From positions 31,753 through 95,752 of the IMG/VR virus record IMGVR_UViG_3300029309_000006: a stretch of DNA of 64,000 nt; one strand, 5' to 3'. The notes beneath the pieces were generated by a model. The model saw nothing but the letters and a program-made list of their open reading frames with translations. It was not told where the DNA came from and searched no databases. Within the stretch, counting starts at the first letter, position 1. The number at the start of each line of letters is the position of its first letter. This stretch comes from a virus. This document shows positions 18,220-29,600 of this stretch, one piece after another. The position numbers and the translations under genes are program-made.

Positions 18220-20597
18220 TTGAAACAAGTACTTATAGTTCGTTTCCAAGTCAGGTGGTACCTCTCGCGGAAAAGCTTAGTTTAGAGTATGGGCTTAAAG
18301 TTGGACAAGCCATTGAATATGAATGGTTTAGAGGCGGTAAAGTTAATATGGGTAAATGGCAAACTGGCTATCAAAACTTTAATAGACTAAGACTATATGC
18401 TAGAGGAGAACAATCTGTACAAAAATATAAAGATGAATTATCAATAAATGGTGATTTATCTTATTTAAATTTAGACTGGAAACCTGTACCTATTATACCA
18501 AAATTTGTTGACATAGTAGTAAACGGTATATCTTCAAAAGATTATGAAATAAAAGCTTTTGCTCAAGATCCTTTTTCTACTAAACAAAGAACTAATTATG
18601 CAAACTCTTTGATGAGAGATATGATGAGTAAACCTTTGTTAGATAACATACAACAAAATTTAGGAGTAAATATATATAGCTCTCTAGATCCAGATAATTT
18701 ACCACAAAGTAAAGAAGAGCTTGAAGTACATATGCAGCTTAATTATAAACAGTCTATAGAAATAGCTGAAGAAGAAGTAATTAACAATGTTTTAGATTTT
18801 AATAAGTATAATTTAACTAACAAGAGAGTTGTTGAAGATATAGTTACTATAGGTATTGGAGCAGTAAAAACAAGTTTTAATAAATCAGAAGGAGTTGTAA
18901 TTGATTATGTAAACCCAGCAAATTTAGTTTGGTCTTATACAAATGATCCTAATTTTCAAGATATATATTATGTAGGTGAAATAAAATCTATAACAATAGC
19001 TGAGCTTAAAAAAGAGTTTCCTAATCTTACTAACGAAGAACTTAAAATGATACAAAAATATCCTGGTAGAGAAGGATATTTAAGAGGGCCTTATAATAAA
19101 GACTTAGTTCAAGTTTTGTATTTTGAATATAAAACATATATAGATCAAGTATTTAAAATAAAACAAACAGAACAAGGTTTAGAAAAAGCATTAGAAAAGC
19201 CTGACTTTTTTAATCCCCCACCTAGCGATAATTTCGACAGAGTATCAAGATCTATAGAAGTTTTATTTAGTGGTGCTAAAGTTTTAGGAGTACAACAAAT
19301 GTTAAGATGGGAAATGTGTAAAAACATGACTAGACCTAAAAGTGATTTAACAAAGGTTAACATGAATTACAACATGGTAGCTCCTCATATGTATCAAGGT
19401 AGAATTGATTCACTTGTAAACCGTATAACTGGTTTTGCTGACATGATACAATTAACTTCATTAAAATTACAACAAGTAATTGCTAGGATGGTGCCAGATG
19501 GTGTTTTTGTAGATGTAGATGGTTTAGCTGAAGTTGATTTAGGTAATGGAACTAACTACAACCCGCAAGAAGCATTAAACATGTATTTTCAAACGGGTAG
19601 TATAGTTGGTAGATCTTTAACTCAAGATGGTGATCCTAATAGAGGTAAAGTTCCTATTCAAGAACTACAAACTTCTAGTGCTAACGGTAAAATAGGTTCT
19701 TTAATAAATACTTATCAGTATTATTTACAAATGATTAGAGATGTAACCGGGTTAAATGAAGCAAGAGATGGTAGTTTACCAGATAAAAATGCTTTAGTTG
19801 GTTTACAAAAAATGGCTGCAAACGCGTCAAACACGGCAACTAAACATATACTAAACGGAGCTTTATATTTAACACTAAGAACTTGTGAAAATATTTCATT
19901 AAGAATATCTGATATGTTAGACTTTGCTTTAACAAATGATTCACTAAAAGCTAGTATAGGTAAATTTAATGTAGCTACTCTTAATGAAATGGATGATTTA
20001 CATTTGTATGATTTTGGTGTTTTTTTAGAATTAGAACCTGAAGAAGAAGAAAAAGCAATGCTTGAGCAAAATATTCAAATGGCTCTTCAGCAAAATCAAA
20101 TATTTCTTGAAGACGCTATTGACATTAGAGAAATTAAAAACTTACAATTAGCAAATCAAGTATTAAAATATAAACGAGTTAAAAAACAAAAAGCAGATCA
20201 AGAAGCACAAATGGCCAATATACAGGCTCAAACAGAATCTAATAGTAGATCTGCGGAAAATGCAGCTATGGCTGATGTGCAAAAAGCTCAGGCATTATCT
20301 GAAACAGAAGTTCAAATAGAAAAAGCTAAATCAGATTTTGAAATACAAAGAATGCAAACAGAAGCTCAAATACAAAAAGAAATAATGGCTAAAAAATTTG
20401 AGTATGATATGAAGCTTAAAGATGCAGAATTAAAATCTCAAACAACAAAAGAAAAACAAATAGAAGATCGTAAAGACGAAAGAACTAGAATACAAGCTAG
20501 TCAACAGTCTCAATTAATAAATCAAAGACAAAATGATTTACTACCAACTGATTTTGAAATGCAATCAGTTAATAAAGAAATAGAAGAAATTTCTTAA
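18216..20597 (+). CDS. Portal protein
   Basis: Follows terL; PIIPKFVDIVVN and IRDVTGLNEARDG motifs; coiled-coil C-terminus. Confidence 0.88.
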   Translation: MIETSTYSSFPSQVVPLAEKLSLEYGLKVGQAIEYEWFRGGKVNMGKWQTGYQNFNRLRLYARGEQSVQKYKDELSINGDLSYLNLDWKPVPIIPKFVDIVVNGISSKDYEIKAFAQDPFSTKQRTNYANSLMRDMMSKPLLDNIQQNLGVNIYSSLDPDNLPQSKEELEVHMQLNYKQSIEIAEEEVINNVLDFNKYNLTNKRVVEDIVTIGIGAVKTSFNKSEGVVIDYVNPANLVWSYTNDPNFQDIYYVGEIKSITIAELKKEFPNLTNEELKMIQKYPGREGYLRGPYNKDLVQVLYFEYKTYIDQVFKIKQTEQGLEKALEKPDFFNPPPSDNFDRVSRSIEVLFSGAKVLGVQQMLRWEMCKNMTRPKSDLTKVNMNYNMVAPHMYQGRIDSLVNRITGFADMIQLTSLKLQQVIARMVPDGVFVDVDGLAEVDLGNGTNYNPQEALNMYFQTGSIVGRSLTQDGDPNRGKVPIQELQTSSANGKIGSLINTYQYYLQMIRDVTGLNEARDGSLPDKNALVGLQKMAANASNTATKHILNGALYLTLRTCENISLRISDMLDFALTNDSLKASIGKFNVATLNEMDDLHLYDFGVFLELEPEEEEKAMLEQNIQMALQQNQIFLEDAIDIREIKNLQLANQVLKYKRVKKQKADQEAQMANIQAQTESNSRSAENAAMADVQKAQALSETEVQIEKAKSDFEIQRMQTEAQIQKEIMAKKFEYDMKLKDAELKSQTTKEKQIEDRKDERTRIQASQQSQLINQRQNDLLPTDFEMQSVNKEIEEIS

Positions 20598-20622
20598 TTA
20601 TTAATTTTTATTATATTATATT

Positions 20623-21822
20623 ATGTCAGAAATACAAGAAAAAGCTGGAAAGCTTAAGGTTAAAAAACCTAAAAAACTAGTTAAAACAGATGAGCCTATA
20701 AAAGTAGATTTATCTAAAAAAGTTGAAACAACAGAAGAATTAAAAGAACAAACAGATGCCGTTCAAACACAAAAGACAGATGATAGCGATGCTATTGTCA
20801 AGAAGCCCGAAGACAGTAGCGACAGCAAAGAAGTGGCTGAAGAAGTACGGCCCGCCGAAGAAGAAGTAAAACCTATTATTGAAGAAATAGTTGAAGAAAA
20901 AGAAAAAGAAGAAGAAATAATAGAAATAGGCGAAAAAATGGAAACACAAGATAAACCAGAAGCGGTTATATCTCAAGATGTTCCAAAAGAAAATATAACT
21001 ACGTTGCCAGAAAACATTGTTAAAGTTGTAGACTTTATGAATGAAACTGGAGGCACATTAGAAGATTATGTAAGATTAAATCATGATTATTCTAACGTAG
21101 ACAATGATACTTTATTAAGAGAGTATTATAAACAAACGAAATCACATTTAAATCAAGAAGAAATTAATTTCTTAATAGAAGATAATTTTGGATGGGATGA
21201 AGATGTAGATGAACCGCGAGCAGTGCGTAAAGCAAAGCTTGCGTATAAAGAAGAAGTTGCAAAAGCTAAACAGCATTTAGAAGGTTTAAAGAGTAAGTAT
21301 TATCAGGAAATCAAGTTGAAGCCCGGTGTTACTCAAGAACAACAAAAAGCTGTAGACTTTTTCAACCGCTACAACGAAGAACAACAAGTAGCTAAACAAC
21401 AACATAAAACATTTATAGACAACACTAAAAGTTATTTTGGTCCCGAGTTCAAAGGTTTTGATTTTTCGGTTGGAGAAAAAAAGTTTAGATATGGAATTAA
21501 AAATGTAAACGATGTTGCTGATAGTCAGTCAAATATTTCTAACACCATTAAGAAGTTCTTAGATAACGAAGGAAATGTTAAAGACGTTAAAGGTTATCAT
21601 AAAGCTATGTATGCCGCTAATAATGCTGACACAATAGCGCAACACTTTTATGAGCAAGGTAAAGCTGATGCTGTAAAAGATATTGCTGCTAAATCTAAAA
21701 ACGTTAGTACAGATTCAAGAGCAACTGCTCCAGAAGATGTATTTGTTGGAGGTTTAAAAGTCAGAGCTGTAAGTGGTATGGATTCTTCAAAATTAAAAAT
21801 CAAAACACGTAAATTTAACTAA
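20623..21822 (+). CDS. Putative capsid scaffolding protein
   Basis: Acidic, low-complexity N-half; lies between portal and capsid genes. Confidence 0.65.
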   Translation: MSEIQEKAGKLKVKKPKKLVKTDEPIKVDLSKKVETTEELKEQTDAVQTQKTDDSDAIVKKPEDSSDSKEVAEEVRPAEEEVKPIIEEIVEEKEKEEEIIEIGEKMETQDKPEAVISQDVPKENITTLPENIVKVVDFMNETGGTLEDYVRLNHDYSNVDNDTLLREYYKQTKSHLNQEEINFLIEDNFGWDEDVDEPRAVRKAKLAYKEEVAKAKQHLEGLKSKYYQEIKLKPGVTQEQQKAVDFFNRYNEEQQVAKQQHKTFIDNTKSYFGPEFKGFDFSVGEKKFRYGIKNVNDVADSQSNISNTIKKFLDNEGNVKDVKGYHKAMYAANNADTIAQHFYEQGKADAVKDIAAKSKNVSTDSRATAPEDVFVGGLKVRAVSGMDSSKLKIKTRKFN

Positions 21823-21838
21823 AAATTTTTAAATTATT

Positions 21839-23293
21839 ATGGGATCAATTAATCCAGTTTTCGGGGCGATCGTACCGTCTCCAAAACAACAAACTTTGCA
21901 AAATAATTATTTGGCTTTCAATGGTGGAGCAAATGATTTCGCTCAACAATATCTTCCTGAGATATATGAGCAAGAAGTTGAAAGATATGGTAATAGAACC
22001 TTATCTGGATTCTTAAGAATGGTTGGCGCTGAAATGCCAATGACATCTGACCAAGTAATTTGGTCTGAACAAAACAGATTACACATATCTTATGATGGTG
22101 TAAACTTAGTCGGCCCAGGTGCTGCTACTGACATTTTCAACGTACCAACAAACGCTGGAACTATACAAAATGCTGTTGCACCTAACGATACTATAGTTGT
22201 TATGAACCCTACTACAGGAGTAACAATTAAAGGTATTGTTGGAGCAGTTGCTGCTGGAGCTGGTAATACTACTAACCTAACTTGTTATCCTTTTTCACAA
22301 AATGACTGGGATGCTTTAGGTATTAATAATAGTGGATTAAAGCTATTTGTTTATGGTTCTTTATTTGCTAAAGGAACTGGAAGTGGAAGTTTTTCTATTG
22401 AGCCACAATTTACTCAATTTTCAAACCAGCCAATCATCATCAAAGATAGATATGCTATCAATGGATCTGATATGGCACAAATTGGTTGGGTAGAAGTTGC
22501 TACAGAAGACGGAACATCTGGTTACTTATGGTATTTAAAATCTGAGTCTGAAACAAGATTAAGATTTGATGACTATTTAGAAATGGCAATGATTGAATCA
22601 GAAAAAGCTGCTGCTGCTGCAGGTAAAAACTTTGCTGCTCAAGCTGCAAACGTTCCAGGCTTCTCTGCTTCTATTAATGCACATGGTTCTGAAGGTTTAT
22701 TTGCTGCTATTGAAGCAAGAGGTAACGTATTTAGCGGATTCGCTGGAGCAACAGGTATCTCTGACTTTGACTCAGTACTTAAAAACCTTGACACACAAGG
22801 AGCTATTGAAGAAAACATGTTATTCTTGAATAGAGATATGGATTTAGAATTTGATGACATGCTAGCACAAATTTCATCTGGATTATCAGGTGGAGTTGCT
22901 TATGGTTTGTTTGAAAACTCTGAAGATATGGCTTTAAATTTAGGTTTCTCTGGATTTAGAAGAGGTTCTTATGACTTCTATAAAACTAGCTGGAAATACT
23001 TAAATGATGCTTCAACAAGAGGTGCTGTTGCTGTAAATAACATCGACGGTGTCTTAATACCTGCTGGAACTTCAACTGTTTATGACCAAATTTTAGGTAC
23101 AAACATTAGAAGACCTTTCTTGCACGTAAGATATAGAGCTTCACAATCTGACGATAGAAGATATAAAAACTGGGTTACTGGTACTGCTGGTGGCGCGTTT
23201 ACATCTGAAATCGATGAGATGGTTGTTAACTTCTTATCTGAAAGATGTCTTGTTGTACAAGCTGCGAATAATTTCGTATTATTCAAAAACTAA
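21839..23293 (+). CDS. Major capsid protein
   Basis: 484 aa, position after scaffold, biased codon usage, followed by strong terminator. Confidence 0.85.
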   Translation: MGSINPVFGAIVPSPKQQTLQNNYLAFNGGANDFAQQYLPEIYEQEVERYGNRTLSGFLRMVGAEMPMTSDQVIWSEQNRLHISYDGVNLVGPGAATDIFNVPTNAGTIQNAVAPNDTIVVMNPTTGVTIKGIVGAVAAGAGNTTNLTCYPFSQNDWDALGINNSGLKLFVYGSLFAKGTGSGSFSIEPQFTQFSNQPIIIKDRYAINGSDMAQIGWVEVATEDGTSGYLWYLKSESETRLRFDDYLEMAMIESEKAAAAAGKNFAAQAANVPGFSASINAHGSEGLFAAIEARGNVFSGFAGATGISDFDSVLKNLDTQGAIEENMLFLNRDMDLEFDDMLAQISSGLSGGVAYGLFENSEDMALNLGFSGFRRGSYDFYKTSWKYLNDASTRGAVAVNNIDGVLIPAGTSTVYDQILGTNIRRPFLHVRYRASQSDDRRYKNWVTGTAGGAFTSEIDEMVVNFLSERCLVVQAANNFVLFKN

Positions 23294-23304
23294 GATTACT
23301 TATT

Positions 23305-23346
23305 AAAAGCACAGGGGCCTTCGGGTCCCTAGGCTTTTATTTTTTA
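23305..23346 (+). terminator. Rho-independent terminator after capsid gene
   Basis: AGGGGCC-TTCG-GGTCCCT hairpin with outer AAAAGC/GCTTTT pairing and T-rich tail. Confidence 0.85.
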
Positions 23347-23363
23347 TTAAATTATATTATATC

Positions 23364-24137
23364 ATGGCAAAATTAAAAACAAAAGAAGCTCCAGCTAAAA
23401 CAGGCTGGGAAATCAAGGATAGAACTTATTTTTTATTACATAATGAGTCTCCTTTAACATACAGACTATCATCAAGACATTCAACAAGGTATCCTTTACT
23501 ATGGTTTGATGAAGTAAAAAATGAACAAAGAGAATTAAGATATGCAACTAATCAAAACTCACCATTTGTAGATGAACAAAAAGGTGAGGCTACAATGGGG
23601 CATATAGTCTTTGAAAACGGGGTTTTAAACGTACCCAAAGAACAACAAAACTTACAAAAGCTTTTATCATTATATCACCCAAGAAAAGAAGCTACATATA
23701 CAGAGTTTGAACCTACAGTTCAAGCAGAAACTGAAGTTGATAAATTAGAAGCTGAAATAAACGCTTTAATGGTAGCTAAAGAAATAGATATAGATCATGC
23801 TGAAGCTATATTACGAGTTGAAAAAGGATCATCTGTTTCTTCTATGACTTCAAAAGAAATAAAAAGAGATTTACTTTTGATGGCTAAGAAAAACCCATCA
23901 AGCTTTATGTCTATTGTAAATGATGAAAATGTAGGTTTAAGAAATACTGCTATCAGAGCAACTGAACAAAACATAATTAAGCTTTCTCAAGATCAAAGAA
24001 GTTTCCATTGGGGATCAAATGATAGAAAACTTATGACTGTTCCTTTTGATGAAAATCCATATTCAGCTTTAGCTGCTTGGTTTAAAACCGATGAAGGTGT
24101 TCAAGTTTTTAAAACGATAGAGAAAAAGTTACAATAA
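23364..24137 (+). CDS. Conserved phage protein downstream of capsid gene
   Basis: 257-aa ORF in the morphogenesis cluster. Confidence 0.65.
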   Translation: MAKLKTKEAPAKTGWEIKDRTYFLLHNESPLTYRLSSRHSTRYPLLWFDEVKNEQRELRYATNQNSPFVDEQKGEATMGHIVFENGVLNVPKEQQNLQKLLSLYHPRKEATYTEFEPTVQAETEVDKLEAEINALMVAKEIDIDHAEAILRVEKGSSVSSMTSKEIKRDLLLMAKKNPSSFMSIVNDENVGLRNTAIRATEQNIIKLSQDQRSFHWGSNDRKLMTVPFDENPYSALAAWFKTDEGVQVFKTIEKKLQ

Positions 24138-24203
24138 CGTGTAACTATAATTATAGTGAAGGGTCACTACGTGGCCCTAATCACTACAACTTAAAATATT
24201 AAA

Positions 24204-25178
24204 ATGGCAATAAACGTAAACACTGTATATCAAACCGTTTTATTAATACTAAACAAAGAACAAAGAGGTTATATGACGCCTTTAGAGTTTAATAAAATAG
24301 GTGGACAATCTCAATTAGAAATATTTGAAACATATTTCGATACTTTAAACCAACAGTTACGTGTGCCTCAACCTAGCGCTGATTACGCTGATAGAGTTAT
24401 AAATCTTGACGAAAAAATATCTATATTTAAAGATCACGGAAACGCTACATCAATATCTTCAAGTAACGTTTTTAACTTACCCGAACAATTAGGACATAAC
24501 AGCGGTAAAGCTTCTGTTATAGGGATGGTAACTGCTCCAACTGCTACAGCTGGCGGCACAACTCAATATGCTATTGGAAATAATGCTAATGGTATAACTG
24601 TTACTTCTGCTCAAATTCAAGATGGTGTTGTTGAAGTGTTTGGTGATGGTAGACTTATAAGCCCATCAGAATATAATATAAGTGGTTTAAATATAAATTT
24701 TCATTCACAACCTATAACTGGTTTAACATTATTAGTAAATTATTATCCTAAACAATTTTACAGATTAGGACAGGTTTTATTTCAAGTAGGTGCTTTACCT
24801 ACAGAAGAGCTACAAAGAGTTGATAGAGGCGAGCTATATCACTTATTAAGCTCTAATTTAACTAAACCTACAACTACTAATCCAATTTACACTTACGAAA
24901 ACAACCAAATAACAGTTTATCCAGCTAGTATTACTAATGGATTATCTGTAAGCTATATAAGAAAACCTATACCTCCAGTATGGAATTACAGCTCTGGATC
25001 TAACAATTCATATGTTTTCAACGCAAGCACTTCTTTTAATTTTGAATTACACCCAGCAGAACAAACAGAGTTAATATTAAAAATATTATTATATGCTGGA
25101 GTTGTTGTAAAAAATCCTGAAATAATTCAAGTTGCTGCATCACAGATACAACAAGAAAATATAAATCAAAAAAGTTAA
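24204..25178 (+). CDS. Tail ring/adaptor protein
   Basis: NKEQRGYMTPLEFN...YIRKP...FELHP pattern of crAss-like ring proteins. Confidence 0.6.
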   Translation: MAINVNTVYQTVLLILNKEQRGYMTPLEFNKIGGQSQLEIFETYFDTLNQQLRVPQPSADYADRVINLDEKISIFKDHGNATSISSSNVFNLPEQLGHNSGKASVIGMVTAPTATAGGTTQYAIGNNANGITVTSAQIQDGVVEVFGDGRLISPSEYNISGLNINFHSQPITGLTLLVNYYPKQFYRLGQVLFQVGALPTEELQRVDRGELYHLLSSNLTKPTTTNPIYTYENNQITVYPASITNGLSVSYIRKPIPPVWNYSSGSNNSYVFNASTSFNFELHPAEQTELILKILLYAGVVVKNPEIIQVAASQIQQENINQKS

Positions 25179-25184
25179 TAAACT

Positions 25185-26609
25185 ATGCCTATACCTAATG
25201 GTGGTTTAATCACCGAAACTAATAGACAGTATTACGCTGGTGCTCAGCAGTTTACAATAACATCAACAGGTGTTGGACAGACTTTTACTAGTACATTTGA
25301 TACAAGTTTAGTTTTTGGTAATTCTGATCCTGCTACTAATGATTATAATTTAAACAATTTTAAAATATTTACTAGTCCTGACGCTAATAATTGGACAGAG
25401 TTAAACCCAACTTCTGCTATAGCTTCTACAACTGGTACAAATACAGCTGCACCTGTTAACGTAGGTAATCCAACAAGTATTCCTTTAACTGTTACTAATG
25501 CAAACATTTTAAAAGACATGGTTGTTGTAGATGCTAACACAGGTGTATTATACGGAACAGTATTAGTAGATCTTCCTGTTGGAAACACTAACGTAAGCTG
25601 TAGTATAACAACTCAAATACCACCTTCTACATCATTAAGGTTTCAATTTGCAAGCCCTTGGACAGAAGCAAATAATATAGTAACTGTTAATGCAAAATTA
25701 ACATCTGGTAATTATTTAAAAATACAATTAAACGAAGATACTGTTTGGGATTCACATGGTAGTTATGAGTATGTTAAAATTGAAGATATAGTTAATAACT
25801 TTTTAATAGCTTATGTTGGCCAAGGTAAACTTATTCCAAGTGTAAATAGAAATGATGTTATATTTCACGTTAAAAGAGGTTTACAAGAGTTTAGTTATGA
25901 TACTTTAAAAAGTGTTAGATCACAAGAATTAACAGTTCCGCCTAATTTATCTATAATAATGCCACAAGACTACGTTAACTACGTTAGACTTTCGTTTATA
26001 GATACTCAAGGAGTACAACACACGATTTACCCTGCAAATAAGTTAACATTAAGACCTTATGCAACCCCGCTGCAAGACAGCGAAGGTGTTCCAACACAAG
26101 ACAGTGTTAACACTAATTTACAAGGCACTTCAAGAACAACTAAAGCTTGGGACGAAAATAATCCTAAAAATATTAGTGGCGCTTATATAAATGATTACGA
26201 AATAGCAGATGTATATTGGAAAACTTATTATGATGGTGCTTTAGGTCAAAGATATGGTTTAAACCCTGAAACAAGCCAAAGAAACGGTTGGTTTATAATA
26301 GATGATAGAAAAGGTGTTTTTGCTTTTTCAAATGATTTAAAAGAAAAACTAATAATATTAGAATATATATCAGACGGTAATGCTTATGGTTTAGATCAAA
26401 GAATACCAAAAATGGCTGAAGAAGCTTTATATGCACATGTTTTATATTCTATATTGTCAACAAGCGTTGGTGTACAAGAATATATAGTTCAAAGGTTTAA
26501 AAAAGAAAAAAGTGCTAAATTAAGAAATGCTAAAATTAGATTATCAAACATTAAACTTGACCAAATAGTTCAGGTTATGAGAAATAAATCTAAATGGATT
26601 AAATATTAA
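25185..26609 (+). CDS. Tail ring/tubular protein
   Basis: KRGLQEFSYD...MPQDYVNYVR...ILEYISDG pattern. Confidence 0.6.
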   Translation: MPIPNGGLITETNRQYYAGAQQFTITSTGVGQTFTSTFDTSLVFGNSDPATNDYNLNNFKIFTSPDANNWTELNPTSAIASTTGTNTAAPVNVGNPTSIPLTVTNANILKDMVVVDANTGVLYGTVLVDLPVGNTNVSCSITTQIPPSTSLRFQFASPWTEANNIVTVNAKLTSGNYLKIQLNEDTVWDSHGSYEYVKIEDIVNNFLIAYVGQGKLIPSVNRNDVIFHVKRGLQEFSYDTLKSVRSQELTVPPNLSIIMPQDYVNYVRLSFIDTQGVQHTIYPANKLTLRPYATPLQDSEGVPTQDSVNTNLQGTSRTTKAWDENNPKNISGAYINDYEIADVYWKTYYDGALGQRYGLNPETSQRNGWFIIDDRKGVFAFSNDLKEKLIILEYISDGNAYGLDQRIPKMAEEALYAHVLYSILSTSVGVQEYIVQRFKKEKSAKLRNAKIRLSNIKLDQIVQVMRNKSKWIKY

Positions 26610-26611
26610 AT

Positions 26612-29600
26612 ATGGCTGAAATAAAAAATAGTTTCTTAAAGTCCAAGATGAATAAAGACTTGGACGATAGGTTAATACCTAACGGTGAATATCGCGATGC
26701 GCAGAATATATCTGTAGGTAAATCAGAAGCCGATGATATAGGTGCTCTTGAAACTATTAGAGGTAATGAATTAGTTTTAGATTTTGGATTAAGTCATACC
26801 GATGTAGAAGTTATAGGCTACAAAAGTATTGATTCAAGAAATATTATAGTAGTTTATTTAACTAATAATACAGATCATTACATATATAGTTATACACCTG
26901 GCCAAAATAATGCAACGCTTTTAGTTACAGGATCTTTTTTAAATTTTTCAAAAGATAGTCCTATAACAGGTATAAATATTATAGAAAGCTTATTGTTTTG
27001 GACAGACAACAGAAATCAACCTAGAAAAATTAATTTAGATTTAACGGCAAACGGAACATATTATACTGAAGAAAACCACATTTCAGTAGCTAAATATAAT
27101 CCTTATCAACCAATAAGCTTATTAAAAAAAATAAGTAAAACAACAACTTCAACAAGTCCTACATCTACATTATTAATAGCTGATACTAGTGGAATAGAAA
27201 AAGGTATGGCTGTTGTAGAATATGGAAACGCTGCTATAGAACCTCAAGACTATATATATGTAACAAATATAGTTGCAAACACTTCTGTTACTTTAAGCTC
27301 ATCAGTTACAGGTGTAGCTAGCGGAGATACAATACACTTCTTGTCTACGACTATGACTGGAGAAGAAATAACTTTTAATTTTAACAATGGAAGCCCTGCT
27401 ACATGGCCTGGAGATCCTGATTTTTTAGAAACAAAATTTGTAAGATTAAGCTATAGGTTTGAGTTTGATGATGGAGAATATTCTTTAATGGCTCCGTTTA
27501 CTCAAATAGCATTTATACCTAAACAAAAAGGTTATTTTTTAGAAGGTCAAGAAAAAGATTCATTTAGAAGTACTGTAGTTGATTTTATGGAAAATGGTGT
27601 ACAAAATATAGAACTACTTATTCCTTTTCCAGACACATTAAATAAAGTTCAACCATCAGTAGGAGCTTCTTACAAAATAAAAGCATTAGATATACTTTAT
27701 AAAGAGTCAGATTCTACAGCTGTAAAAGTGGTAGATACTATTGATTATGATGATGCAGATGAAGCTGGTAATAATTGGACAGCTACTAGCACTACAAATA
27801 TTTACACTTACAATTATCAATCAAGAAAACCATTTAGAACTTTACCTTCTGCTCAAACAACTAGAGTTTATGACAAAGTACCTGTTAAAGCTTTAGCTCA
27901 AGAAAGTTCAGGTAATAGAATTATATATGGTAATTTTTTAGATAAATATAGTCCACCTGCTTTTTTAAACTATATAGTAGGCGTTGGTCCTAAATCTCAA
28001 ACTATAGATTATTATAACTGGGTTGAATATCCTAATCACTCTGTTAAGCAAAACAGAAACTATCAAGTTGGTTTTGTTTTAATAGATAAGTTTGGTAGAC
28101 AATCAGATGTTGTGTTATCACAAGTTAAAACAGCAACAACCACTACAGATGGTGTTGTGTATGGTGGTGATACAATATATAGCCCTTATAATACTAGTGC
28201 AAATCAAGGATCTATAAGAAACTGGTTTGGAGATGCTTTAAAAATAGATTTACGCGAACCAATAACTTCAGTTGTTAATTCTTCACAAGGAACTCCTGGT
28301 TTATATGCTGTACAAATAGGAGACGGGTATAATACTTTTCAATCATCAGCAAGTGACCAACCAACTATTTCAGGAAATACTTACGTTTTTAAGTTAGCTG
28401 CTAACCAAACAGATATTCCAGCTTTAAACTCAAGCTTAGAAGGAGAATTTACAGACTATGTAAAAGTAACAAACGTACAGGTAAACACTCCTACTGCTGG
28501 AAAATATACAATTACAACAGATGGACAAGTAAGCTCTAATTATTTACAACAATTACCTTCAGGTCCTGATGTAAAATATTCTTACAATATAAACTCTAAA
28601 GGCTGGTATTCTTATAAAATAGTAGTAAAACAAACAGAGCAAGATTACTATAATGTTTATTTACCTGGTATTTTAGCTGGTTATCCTGGCCAACCATTAC
28701 CTACAACAACAACTGAAAACCAAGCCTCAAATAGTTTTTATTTAAATTTAGGTGGAGGAACAAAAGACAATGATTTAATACAAGTAGGCATGGTTGCCAC
28801 GAGTGATGATCCTGCTGAAATAGTAGATAACCCAACAATTGTTACAAAAAAAGATGCCTCTAACTATACATTTAGCACAACGCAAAGCATAGGCGTAGAT
28901 GAGTTATTTTTTTACAGGATGCCAGGAGATTTAGCTTTATTTCCAAGCGATGAAGTAGGTAAAACAGCTAATATAGTACTTTTAAATGACAATATAAATA
29001 AAGTTCCGAGAGATTTAGTTGAAATAGGCCCTGAACAAAGACAATTTAGAAGTTCTGTTAAGCTTTACGGTAGAGTGTCTAACGATTTTATTGAAAGCAA
29101 TAGACAATATTATCCAGGAATTAATAATCATTTAGCTATTAGTATTTCTACAGCTAGTGATTCAAACTTTAAACAAGAAACTATTTTAGATCAAAACTAT
29201 CAAAGTTTATATCAATTTGATACTAACCCTTTAATAGCTAGATTAGAAGTAAACACAGAGCTTTCAACAATAGCAACATCTTCTAACTCACCAGCAGCAG
29301 GCGCAGCACAAAACTTAACTATATCAAGCGCTCCAACAGTTCCAGTTGAAGTTGGTATGATAGTAACCTGTAACGGAGGAGACTCAACAGGTATAGCAGT
29401 AGGTACTGTTTATGGAGTAGTAACAGCTATAATAAGTGATACTTCTTTTACATGTGATTTGTCTGTAGGTCCTAATGGTAACCCTAGTTTAAAGTTTATT
29501 AAAACAATAGGTTCTCCTAATGGTAGATCTAGAGTACAAGATTTTACTTTAATGAAACCAACTTTAGCTATATATGAAACAGAAGCTACAGAATCTTTGT

